64,000 nucleotides of DNA. Source: Chiloscyllium plagiosum. Its lineage: Eukaryota. The position numbers were made by a program, and so were the translations under genes. Positions 49,791-61,899 of this stretch are shown here, in pieces. Where the stretch lies: the NCBI RefSeq assembly GCF_004010195.1, contig NC_057719.1, positions 41,239,129 to 41,303,128 on the forward strand. The letters run 5' to 3'. The notes beneath the pieces are model-generated. The model was not told where the DNA came from. It saw only the letters and a program-made list of their open reading frames with translations, and did no database searches. Position 1 is the stretch's first letter. Each line of letters starts with the position of its first letter.

Positions 49791-50687
49791 TGGGAAACAA
49801 GCTTTTGTTCATTGTAAATATTCAATTTAACTAGTAAAGTTGATAAAACCATAATTACTTGATTTGAATAATGTCTGAATAAGTGTTTAACATTATAGTT
49901 TTGTTGCACATACAATACTTCAGGAATAAAATGCAATTTAGACCTGGTACAAAAGATAATCATTACCAAGAATCATTTACGTGGTCTCTTCAGGAACTGT
50001 TGATTAGAATATCAATGAATCCATTAACTTATTAATTGTTTGTGACACAATTTTTACTCTGTATAATCTTTAGGAATTTTATCCAACATTATGGAAAGCT
50101 TAATTTAGAGGAGGGATTGTGAATCCAAGTGCAAGTCAGATGTCAAATTCAAATCAACTCAAAATGACCTACAAGCATGTATAGCATGAGAGAGAATAGG
50201 ATAACAGAAGCATGAATACAGAACGAACAAGCAAATCTCAGGTCAATCTCAGTACACTTCCTGTCATTGTGCGTTAGATTGAAATACAGGCCAGTTCAAA
50301 TCTATTAATCATACCTACAGCCATTAGACAATTCATTATTGTTCTTCAAAAGAAATTTACTGTGAGAGTGCTGCAGTGTGGATTTATCAAGAAATAAATG
50401 AATATTAAATTAGTCTTTTGGGCAATTACATACAGTACATGACAGCTTTGAAAAGATAGTTCAGCCGCAGGGCATAAAGGATGTCCTATGAATTTCCTGC
50501 ATTCCTTACAAATTCTCAAGTCAAAGCAATTTTGAAGCATTAAACTTAAGCTCTCTATAGCGCACAATCTGAATCTGTCATCACCTTTACCAATAGCACC
50601 CCATAAGAAAGCAATATAAGGAAGTGATTTTCTGGTAAGAACGGTAACTTTGATTCCAACATAAACGATGGACAGTTTTAGTATCAT

Positions 50688-50866
50688 GAGAATCGATGTT
50701 TCAAGCATAAGCTCTTCATCAGGAATGAGGAATGCTCATTCCTGATGAAGAACTTATGCTTGAAATATCGATTCTCCCAATCCTCGGATGCTGGCTGACC
50801 AGCTGTGCTTTTCCAGCACTACACTCTTGACTCTGATCTCCAGCATCTGCAGTCCTCATTTTCTCC
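50688..50866. mobile_element. Neptune-type PLE terminus with head-to-head inverted duplication
   Basis: Hairpin at 50688-50776; TSD cagttt(t/a)agtatcatg at 50673-50688 and 50867-50882. Confidence 0.8.
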
Positions 50867-52089
50867 CAGTTTAAGTATCATGTTCACTGTCTGCTTATAA
50901 TACAGGTGCAGAGTGAATTTCGTAACATAACAAGATATAACTTCTCTACTAGGGAAAAGAGGCTGCTTTCAACATAAAGTTTCGCTCTATTCCACTGTTC
51001 ATAACCTTCCCAAAAAAAAAATTTCAGATTCATACAAGATGAAATTGGACAGGGCAAGGTTGCATAGGAAGATGTCTCAATACAATATTGTCGATGCCTG
51101 AGGCGCACTTGATGTTGAATTACCAACTTCACATCAATGAGGCGAGCAAGCTGCTGTGTCTTCAAGTAGCTCGCCAGTGCAGCAGGTTTAAATGTTGAAC
51201 CTTTTGAGTTGTTGGCAGGTATCCTCAGCTGAGGTCTTGTAAGAAAGTGCACTCCTGCTGTTTGCAGCTCCACATTTCACGCAAGCACTGTATTCCTTTT
51301 TTTCTGTTACCCATTTGCTGGTGGTTTCCAAACAGTCCCTTGAAGAGAATCAGTGAGGCTGCACATCAATTTGGTTAACCTGAGTGCAGTGAGCCGAGAA
51401 TAAAAAGAAATCAAAGTGGAAAATGTTGGAAATTGTCAACGGGGCAGGCAACATCTATGGAGTGAGAAATATAATTAATGTCTCCAGTTGGTAGCTTTTT
51501 GTCAGAACACAAGAAAGTTAAGTGATATAACAGGAATTTGAACATCTAAGAATGAGTGGGTTAATCCTAGTTGGGAGGTGAAAATAAAACAAATCGGAAA
51601 TCTGACTGCAATTTAATATCAACACATACACTTCTAGATTTGACTGAGCACTTTTGGTTGCATGGGTAATCTGCTGTTTGGAGTCTGTGTGATGATTAGC
51701 AATTTTCATTTCATTTAACAGCATCATTATGTGAAAATGAGGGGGTTTTAGATTAATTTAAAGTCTTTGTTTAATATATTGCCTTCAGCACAGGCTTCCT
51801 AGAGCTTGGGAAACACTCCAGTGAGAAAACAAAATGAAATTATGTGCACTTTATGAGGGTACTTCCTAAATCTAGGCAGGTTCAGCATTCACAGTCACTT
51901 TAATTGTCAGATTCTTCTGGCAAATGTGTCAAAGAGAGTTCTCCTCAATGTAAAGGTAATTTTTGAGATGGCTGAAGATTTTTAAACAGAAACCAGCAGC
52001 ACAGGAAGTGCACTGGAAATTTTTCCCAATCCTATACCAGATGAGGCACTCAAATACTGTCAGCACAGCAATGATATACTGAGGTGAGA

Positions 52090-52300
52090 TCAGTCATCGA
52101 TTTAGAGGGAGGTGAATGGAAGAACAATGCAGATCAGCAGGGAGGAGACCACAGAAGGGCAGAAGCCACTTGAGTTAGTACTGAGGAGAAGGCTATCGGA
52201 GGTTCAGTTCCTTGATCACCCTGAGGATCAGTCCATTGACAGGTTACAAATGCCTTCAAGCTCTTTCAAGAAAAGTTGCTCTCTGCTAGAACAAGGTGCT
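52090..52300 (+). mobile_element. Harbinger transposase N-terminal remnant
   Basis: FLDHPEDQSIDRLQM resembles the HARBI1-family FLDLSEEQC..RLR motif. Confidence 0.45.
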
Positions 52301-52946
52301 ACTTAGGTGGTTGATAAACTCAATTGGTGGATGGCTGGTTTGTAATGCAGAGTGATGACAACAGCTTGGATTCAACACTTGTCCTGGCTGAGATTACTAT
52401 GATAGAGTGCCCTCTCACCCTCTTCCCTCACTTGAGGTGTGGTGACCTTCAGGTTAAACCATTGCCAGTTGTCTCTTTCTAATGGCAGAGCAGTCCTATT
52501 GTCTCCTAAAACTGTGGCAACTTTATCTTTTTAGTAGCCACTTAATGGCTGGTTTTGTCCAATGTCTGTGACATCTTCAATTTCTTTGCATATGGCTGGT
52601 CCAGTGCACCAACCAAGGCATCTCAAGGGTTTCTGAACTAGCTATACATAGATGTATACAGAAAATCACAGATGAAGTGTTCACCAGGGTCTCGATTTAG
52701 GGCAACTTTCCCCAAGACTAGGAAAGCACGGTCATTGATGAATCGAATTGCTTCTGTTTTAGTATTGGTATTACAGATCAATATCGACATTCCACCAACA
52801 TTTATGATACCAAATGCCATAAGAAAAACATTGTATTTATATAGTGTCCTTCATGATTTCTGGACATCCCAAGCTGTTTTACAGTTCCCAGATTATCCTG
52901 AAAGTGTAGTTCTTGTTAAGTAGGAAAATCAGAATAATAGGTATAG

Positions 52947-53164
52947 CCATTTATTCTATAACATAATAGTTCCATTCCTGTGTGACCCCACCCTATACAA
53001 AAATTGTGCAATACAAACAACACTTAAAGTGTAGGCGATCTAATCGCATTATAGCCAACATACATTTTACAAGTTCACATTTTAAAAACAGCGTTCCCAA
53101 TTCAGCAATCTCATTACAGCCAATTCACGTTAATGAAAGATGCGTTACAGCAGAACTGACTGTA
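52947..53164. mobile_element. TcMar/Tigger-like MITE
   Basis: Ends in gcgttacagcagaactgactgta; homologous to 9826-10047. Confidence 0.6.
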
Positions 53165-54574
53165 TTAATCATCTCCCTCAACTAGCCTTTCCCATTCCAT
53201 ATTCCTTGCTCCCTCAGCCTCAGCATATTTTGCTGATGGTTGAAGATGCATTCGAATGCTGTCCAGAAATTGTCTACATATTTGTCCCACCCTTTCTTTT
53301 TGAGACTGCCCTTTAATCGTCCTTATCCCTTTAAATTTGAAAGTACACCATGGAGTTATTCCTCAACCCATCTGGTTTGCTTCAGAAATTGTGAATAATT
53401 ATGTAAATGAGGGCATGGTTTCGCACTTGTGATTCAGGTGGGTCTTGAAACAATGCACATCAAATTAGAATTCACTTTCATCTCAAGCTCAGGCCCCTGT
53501 AATTTGACAGAAACAATGTTTGTACATTTGTACAGTGATCATGAATATTTTCCAAGCAAAATGAATTGCCTGGATGGGGTATGAGATATAGGCAAAATAT
53601 AGCTTTTGGTTTTGGATAAAATCCCAGTTTGGGAATGCCACACTCCACTTCACTGATGGAACAAGACACAGAACCGCTGATCGCAGCACAGGGCTTTCAC
53701 ATTAAAAGAAACCCCATCTGTTATTATTCATGAATCTGCAGCACAGACTAAAATCGCCATGAGAGAAAGCTTCATTTTACTAAGAAAAGCAGCTTGCTGT
53801 ACAATTAATAAGGCATATTTTTATGATTCTATTGCTGCCCCACAAAACTGGAGCTGGAGTTAAGTGGGAGAAAAGCAGAAAATATACTGGCTCAGATCCA
53901 AATAACAAATCAGTACCAAATATGATTTTCAGGCAAGTTGTTTTTAAACCAATCTCAAATGGCCTTGGCAAGAATGATTCAGCACTTTATTTGCATAATA
54001 TAATGTGTTTACTTGAAGTTTAGCACTGTGTTGCATTTAATTGGGCTGGGAATGAAGGAGAGACTCAGCTATTCCATTGGAATGGGTTTAAAGCAAGCGC
54101 TGGGGCCGATAGACCTGTAAAGGGAGTTCTAAAGCACCTTTGCCTATTTTACACTATTACCAAAGTCAGACTTAGGCCCACATCTTCTAGCAACTTGATT
54201 ATAAAAATGAACATGACAAACTGGATCTTCTTCAAAGTGGAAATCATCACTGGATTGTTGCTGTGCCCTTGATCCTCTGCTCTGTGATGCTGCTCCACAT
54301 TTCTTGCTGGGTCTTCCGAGTCTGGTTTCTCCAGAAATGTGGAGTGCTATCCCATGAGGAGCTCCACTTTAGTGCTGTAGCATCAGTGGGAAGAGAAGAC
54401 TGGACACTATCCTTTTTACAGCACTAGCTGCCATGTTGTCGGTTTAAAGGTTCAAAGTATGGACTTTCATCATTCAATGATTGGATGAATGTTAATGAAT
54501 GAGTGAATGGATGAGTGGCTGAATAGATATGTGGATGACATAAGTGGATAGAGTATGTGAGGTCAGTGAGTACG

Positions 54575-54970
54575 TGGATGAAGTAACTCACATCTTGATT
54601 CCTCAAAGCCTGTTCACAATTGATAAAGCACAAGTTAGGAGTGTGATGGAATATTCCCCACTTGCCTGGATGGGTGCAGCTCCAACAACATTCAAGAAGC
54701 TTGACACCACCCAGGACATACTTCCTCCACGCAGACACTCCGTAGCAACAGTGTGTACTATCTACAAGATGCAGTGCAAAAATTCACCAAAGATGCTTAG
54801 GCGGCATCTTCTAAGCCCATGACCACTTCAGTGTAGAAGGACAAGGGCAGCAGGTACATTGGAACACTACCACCTGCAAGTTCCCCTCCAAGTCCACTTA
54901 CCATCATGACTTGGAATATTTTGCAGTTCCTTCATTGTTGGTGGGTCAACATCCTGGAATTCCCCTTCAG
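54575..54970 (+). mobile_element. Non-LTR retrotransposon RT C-terminus (clade not determined)
   Basis: KAQVRSVMEYSPLAWMGAAPTTFKKLD..RHSVATVCTIYKM. Confidence 0.75.
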
Positions 54971-55586
54971 AATATTATCATAGTGTCATAAAGTTGGATT
55001 AAACACTCCTTATCCAGGCATTGGATGTTTGTGGTCTTGCTAAATCCACACTCTATTAGCTCCTTCCTGCCCATGAGCCCAATGCAATACCAGGTTTGTA
55101 TTGGGTGGCTGTCTGCCAGTGGGCAAGGTCCATCCTTCCACCATTGGGCATTTAACCAGTGGTGGGAGATGCCCACACAAATTGGTCAGCATGGCAGCCA
55201 TTCCTCCATACGTTGCAGAAGGGTTGCAGGGCCTCTCCTTAACAAGCTCCCTGGGCACTTCAGAGGTGCCCTCGAGACTTTACACCAGCCAAGTTGCCCT
55301 ACCCCCATGGTCTGGCACACACAGAACTTTTCTCTCTCCCATGCACTGTGGCTGTCAGCCTGGAACTCAGCGATATCCTCAAACACACCAAAATGATGCA
55401 ACACCATGAGACTAGTGTCAGAGAGCTGCTGGCCTCTGGATTGGTTGAATTGCTGAGGTCAGTGTCAGTGCTTACGGAGAGAGAATGGGAAAGAGTAGAG
55501 ACTGTAACACGGTCTCGACGACATGTTTGTATAGATCAAGCTGTCAATAAAGAAGCATCTGCAGAGAGATAAACAGTTAACATTTC

Positions 55587-55690
55587 GAGGCAAAAGTGTT
55601 TCCTGATGAAGGGCTTTTGTCTGAAACGTCAATTCTCCTGCTCCTCGAGTGCTGCCTGACCTGCTGTGCTTTTCTAGCACCACACTCTCG
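55587..55690 (+). mobile_element. Solo Neptune-type PLE terminus inserted in an older PLE-like terminus
   Basis: 14-bp TSD acagttaacatttc at 55573-55586 and 55691-55704. Confidence 0.75.
55599..55634 (+). ncRNA. Minimal hammerhead ribozyme core (Neptune-type PLE)
   Basis: CTGATGA (55603-55609), A-GGGC-TTTT-GTCT, GAAA (55623-55626), C-GTC; stem I is weak in this copy. Confidence 0.6.
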
Positions 55691-56059
55691 ACAGTTAACA
55701 TTTCAAGTCTGGTAAGGCTCTTCTTCAGAACAGAGTCAATTCTGAAGCAATCATACTGGACTGAAATGTTATCTCTCCACAGATACTGCCAGACTTGCTG
55801 AATATCTCCTTCATTCACTGTGCTTGTTTCAGATTTCCAGCATACACAGTATTTGGTCTTTATGTAAATACAGAAGATTTCATGGACCTGAACAGTAATT
55901 ATTTAAGACATTACACAGGGTTAAATCCAAAACACATGCCAAACCAGGTCCTTCCGGTCATGGCAAAGTGAAAAAGATAACTCCAGATTACAGGGTATAG
56001 CGTGTTCTCTGCAGTCACCCTCACCCCTGGGGCAATGGGGCAAGGGGTCTGTAGCGAAG

Positions 56060-57240
56060 CAGAAAGAATCAGACAATTATTTATGGCACAGAAGGAGACA
56101 TTCAGCTCCTCAGTCTCACTTTCCTGCCGTTTTCTTGGATTCCAGTTGGGATTTTTCTTACAATTTATAGATTGCTTCCATTTGCACTACATTCATAAGC
56201 AATTAAGCTCCAGGTCTTTACAATTCACAGCATAAACAATTCTTCCTGTATCTCTTGACCAAAACATTAAACCTATGTGCCCTACTGCTTGCACAATCAG
56301 GTACAGACAACTGGTCTTTTTTAAAAATGTATTCAAATGTATAATTTATCCTACTTCTTTCAAATCCCCCATCAATCCCCTTTGCTCCATGGTGAAACAA
56401 TTTCAACCACTCCAGTCTAACTTTGCAACCAAAATATCCCAATCCTGAAACAAATTTGGTAAATGTCTTCCGGACCCTGTCAAGGATTCACTCCGCCTTT
56501 TGAAAGTGTAATGAGCTGCAAAGCTACACAGTTGATTTGTATAAGATCAGAATAACATCCCTGCTTCTGTGTTCAATCATCTATGAAGCCCAACATTCTT
56601 TGCTAACCATTCTCTCAATACATCCTATCTCTTTCAAAGATCCATGCACGGAAATGCCCAGGTCACTGCATCCCTGCTCATTCTTTAGAATTGTGCTTCT
56701 TTAAGTACATATTGCCTCTCTCCTTCTGCCAAAATGTATCTCCTCACACTTATTCACATTAAATTTCTTCTGCCACATGTTTGGCCTGATTACCAGCTCA
56801 TCTATGTCAAGTCTTATCTTGACTGTTTGTCACTCCTCCAAGTTTAATAGCATTGACAAATCTTGAAATTGTAGTCAGTATTCCAAGATCCAGCTGATTT
56901 ATGTATAGCAAAGCCTCAGTAGTCCTAACAATGCTGACTCTTGGGGAACATCACTGACTACCATCCTTCGGGCTGAAAAATGACCATTTACCGCAACTCA
57001 GTATTTTTTATCCTAAGCAATTTATGTTTATCTGTTTAGATACTAACATTCCCATTGCTTGATCCCCAATTTGGTTAAGCTACCTTTTAAGTGGCAATTT
57101 GTTGACAAAATTAATATTGACAACATTCAATATATGTCCTTCATCGGGCTTCTCTGTTACATCATTAAGAAAATCAGTTAGATTATGATCTGTATTTTAC
57201 AGATTTGTGATGGCAATCCTGGACTAACTCATACTTCTCC
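56060..57240 (-). mobile_element. Old CR1-group LINE
   Basis: Heavily decayed RT-like sequence colinear with the other CR1 copies. Confidence 0.7.
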
Positions 57241-57294
57241 AGATATGTAGAAGTTGAACTAAGTGAGCCTGTTGTTTCCTGTTTCTGAATATAG

Positions 57295-57378
57295 GGCTTT
57301 ACTCCAAACTGTGGAAATTATCTCAGACCCGATGAGCTTGCATGCTGGTGGTTTGCACTAATGATTGAATATCAGAAG
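57295..57378 (+). other. Candidate spliced exon (84 bp)
   Basis: gttgtttcctgtttctgaatatag acceptor; consensus donor AAG|gtaagt; open phase-0 frame GFTPNCGNYLRPDELACWWFALMIEYQK, unrecognised. Confidence 0.3.
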
Positions 57379-59461
57379 GTAAGTATAATCAGAATTCAAA
57401 ACCCTTATTCGAGTGAGGGCTATTTCTACACTCACTTTAACATGTGAATATCAAGTCTATGTTGTTACAGCACAAATACAGGAAAATTTACCCTGTAATA
57501 ATTTAAGATGGAAATATGTCACAAGGACATTGGGACATCTGGTTGGCATGGATGGGTTGAGCCGAAGAGTCTGTTTCCATGCTGTATGACTCTACGACTC
57601 TATAACATTGTATGGTAGATTTCAAATATTATTTATTTACGGTTTTAGTTCATAACATATAAACTATATTGCATTGGAAGCAGGGAAGAAGAAAAATCTA
57701 TGTGTCAAAAACTTTCTACACTTGACTATTCCCAGTGCAGGAAGTCCTAGCAACAGAAATTTCCTGTCTATTGTTATATGCACAGCTCCAAAGAAGAATT
57801 TCACAATAGTAAATGTTTACTGCTTCAAAATCACTAGGTGTGTTGCATGAACTTTTTGGCATCAACATCGCTCGGCTGTAAACCTACAAAAACTGACCAC
57901 AAAGTGAAGAATTGACCAATATTAATCCATAATGATCAATTCTGTTCAGCCATCTTTAAAACATGGTTCAACAGACTGCAACTACCCAATGCACATCTAA
58001 GGCTTGGCATTAATATAAACTGAACATTTCCATCATCTGATATCAAACTCTGTATTCTGACTCCCATATGTGTGACATACATAACTTTCAAAATGGTTTT
58101 GCAGTTGAAACTGAGCAATTGTGAATAAGTAATTAAACTGTCACTGCCTTTGATGTGTACATAATTAAAGAGGTGAACCCACCTATGTTACATATTTCTC
58201 TTTGTCTGCAAGCAAATATATCCCATGGTATTGAAAAGTCATTTATTTTTCAATCTATCTGTTTACTATCATTGGCTTTTTGTAGGAGAATATTTTGGTC
58301 TTCAATATAATGAAAATGACAGAGTAGGAAATCAAATGGTTTTGCTATTTTAGGAAAGATACTGTTAAATATGGATACAATCACATAGTCAAGAATACAG
58401 AACTTGCCCAACAACTCCACAACAAGTGTGTAATTTGGTTAGTTGTCCCAATTCACAGTCCTATTGTCCTGAAAATAAAATAATGTTGCCAATGTCTACG
58501 ACAGAAGAAACTTGTATAAAAACTTAAATAAAAGCAAAGTGCTGGAGTTCTGAAATAAACTCCAGCACTTGGTCTTGAAATGTTAACTCTGGCTCTTTAT
58601 TCACTGCCGGAACAATGAGTTTCTCCAACAATATCTGTTTTCATTTTATACAAAACCTGCTTCCCATTATTAGACATCCATCATATAAAAGTTAAAAGTC
58701 ATTCTAACAAAGGGGAGTTAATTCCTTATCTATTAAAAAAACCTGGGTTAAATCTCATTCAGACTTATCATATAAATAATAGGCCTTTCCTGTGACAGTG
58801 TTAGCTCTTACAATCCTCGATCTTTCCACAAATCCTTTAATATTCTTCCCTTTTCAAATATCTATCAAATTCTCTTTTAAATAATGTCATAATCTCTATC
58901 TCAATAGCCAACTGTGGTAACTGACTCTGTGTTCAGACAGTGTTGTATATGAAAACAATTCTTCAAACTTACTGCTCTATTCTTCCAATGATTGTCCAGA
59001 GTTAGCAGCCCCTGGTCTTCGGTAGTGGTGACAAGCCCCAGTTGTTCGATCTTTTCACCTTAGTGTAGGAAACGGAAAAATAAAACCCTTTTAAATAAAT
59101 TCCAATAACTGGTTATTTTCAATATAATTTTTGAGTGAAGTGTGGCCATTTTTTCCATATCTTTTAATTTACTTTATATATCAAATGGCATTTCCAGAAC
59201 AGTACACTATACTCAGCTGAGATCAGGTCAATATCATGTACAAAGTTACTCTCTTGTCCTTACAGTCAGTGCCCTTACATAAAATAAATTAAATCTCATC
59301 CACTTTTATTATGTCCCAAATACTATGTGAGTATCACTTCCGTTCACTGTCCTTTTTTTGCAAATTTTACATTTCATATTTCTCTGAACTAAAGTTCATT
59401 TGCCAACTCTCTGATCACTCCACAATCATGTTATTGCAACCTTTTGCAATCATTCCTCGAA

Positions 59462-59869
59462 CAGGGTGACCAACTGTCTCTTGTTAAGGGATTTTCCCTT
59501 ATTTTGTTCTCTTTCTTCCCCCACCCCCATATTTCTCTGACAGGTTATGGAAAAGTGATCCTTGGAGTCTCAGTTTGAATTTGGTTTGAGTGGGACCAAA
59601 GTAAATCAGTCAGCCAACAGAGAGTTGGTGACTCAACATGACATGTTATAAGTTTTAATTGATTTAACCTCTCTTCTTGCTAGTATGATTTCGTGAAACC
59701 ACCCCCATCACCCACGCTCGTGCTGAAACCACTCCGATCTTGCTCTCACACTTATCAACCCATCTATCCACTCTCACGGCATCTAGTTTCATCAGCATCC
59801 AGACCAATACAACCATCCCTCTAACCGGGGTCCCAATGTCAAAATATTTCATAAAAGCTGGTCACCCTA
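59462..59869. mobile_element. hAT (Blackjack-like) MITE inside an old CR1 remnant
   Basis: TIRs cagggtgacca / tggtcacccta; 8-bp flanks tcctcgaa / tcctcctg partly match. Confidence 0.6.
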
Positions 59870-60539
59870 TCCTCCTGGCTTGCTATGAAGTTAATTTAGT
59901 AACATCAGCAAATTTACTTGGATGGTTGCTAATGCTACAGATGGTACTGAAGCAGTACATCAAAACTTACTCCCCAATGTATAATTCTACCAAATTAAAC
60001 AAGCTAGTTTTATGTTTATGACTCTCTGGTCAAATATGCTATAAAATGATTTACAAATTTTTTACTATACTTTTTATGTATTCCTTTAACATTGTTTGTT
60101 TGTTTTATTTTTAATAAAATTGTTTGCTAAAATGTAAGAAACATAGCATTATAACAAACTCTGCAGTCTAGAATACAATTTTATGACATTTTGTGAAATG
60201 CTTGAGCCCTATAATTATTTCCACTGTATTTCCCTGAGGTGATAACAGCCTTTGGTAAAGGCAACACAAGATTCCAGAGCTGACCTTGAAACGGTTTTTA
60301 ACCTTCACTTTACCCCCATCATGGACATGAAATAATATAACTTCTTTGCTATAGCCAAAATCATTTTTACAAGGATTAAAAGTAGAAGATGTTTAGTTAC
60401 ATTAAATGTGATTATTTCTGCATCAACATTTTCCCCATTCAATAATCTTAATTCAAATTTAAGTTTGATTTTCAAATTTTGTGCTTATATGTTTGCACTG
60501 TTTCAAAGGTCCAAACTGTCATTTAATTTTATACAAAAA

Positions 60540-60815
60540 AGGATGAAATTGTACTTACAACATACAGTTCATGATCTCAAGGCATCTCAAAGTACTATAT
60601 TGTCAATTAAATGCTTTGGCTGTGCAATGAATGTTGCAGCCAATCTGCCCACAACAAGATCCTAGATGCTGCAACATGCTGACAATCATTTAATTCGCTT
60701 TTGCCGTTAGTTAGTTCAGGGATAAATATTGGTCAGGACTCTGGGAAGAACTCCTCTGCTCTTCTTTGAATCAAATTATGAAATTTTTTATATCCCCCAA
60801 GGACTTCAGACCTAT
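60540..60815 (-). mobile_element. DeuSINE (SacSINE1-like)
   Basis: gggataaatattggtcaggactctgggaagaactcctctgctcttctttgaa matches the Deu-domain reverse complement as I recall it. Confidence 0.65.
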
Positions 60816-61454
60816 CAACCAAAAGACAGATTCTTGTGGGTTGATTTTAATTCAGGGCAAGTCTGGTTTATGGGCATGCCAACTGGAAATGGCAATCGGA
60901 ACTCTGGAAGTTGGCAAGGTCTAGCTGAGGTTAACTGCTGATCTCATTATAATAAGCCTGGTGAGTGGATCATCCCATTATGCAGGAAAATAGAATGGTT
61001 ACAGCACAGAAGGATGCCATTTGTCCCATCATTTCAATGCTGGCCCTGTGCAAGAGCAACTCAAGTAACCTCGCTCCCTGTTCTTTCCCTGTAGCCCTGA
61101 AAATCTCATTGGATCCTTTTCCAATTCCTTTTTCAAAGCTCTGATTGAGTCTGCCTCCCCTACATTCTCAGATGCTGCAGTCTAGATCCTATCTTTTTGC
61201 TATGTTATGAAAACCTTTTTCCTCACATCATGTTCATTTGCCCAATTATCTTAAAACTATAAATTCTTGATATCAGCATAGCCTGGGGCTGCTATTTAAA
61301 TGGTGGATTTACCTCTTACTGGGATGTTGTTTTCACTTAATTTTACAACTTCTCTGGTTTCAGGGGTTATTTTGCTTTCCCACAGAGATGGCTGCAGATT
61401 GGTCCCAGACGATTCTCTGGAGATACTGACTATAAAGGTGAGGGCTAGGAGGGA

Positions 61455-61740
61455 GTGTGTCTGTATGGGGTTAGCACATTCTCCCCGTGTCCGTGTGGGT
61501 TTCCTCCGAATGCTCTGGCTTCGTCCCACAATCCAAAGATGTGCAGGATAGGTGAATTGGCCATGCTAAATTACCCATAGTTTTTAGGGATGTGTAGGTT
61601 AGGTGCATTAGTCAGGAGTAAATGTAGAGTAATAGGGTAAGGGAATGGGTCTAGATGGGTTACTCTTTGGATGGTTGGTGTAGACGTGTTGGGCTGAAGG
61701 GCCTGTTTCCACACTGTAGGGATTCTATAATTTATGATTC
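61455..61740 (+). mobile_element. HE1-type V-SINE lacking the tRNA head
   Basis: V-domain cacattctccccgtgtccgtgtgggtttcctccg and CR1-like tail. Confidence 0.85.
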
Positions 61741-61899
61741 TTTGAAGTGGTATTCTCACAAAATGATTAGGGACATCAAGTACACCTCTCCCCTTCAACT
61801 TTTCATGCACTTTGTCCCACTCTTCCTTCCACCATGATCCAGAACAATCATATCCAGATTATTAACTCGGTTAATTCTGAATACATACTTACCTCCTAT

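Noticed and set aside
50884..51273. 129-aa minus-strand ORF as a CDS
   Set aside because: No recognisable homology or convincing splice signals
58537..58570. 13-bp stem hairpin as a terminator or ncRNA
   Set aside because: Lies in a decayed PLE-like terminus where inverted scraps are common
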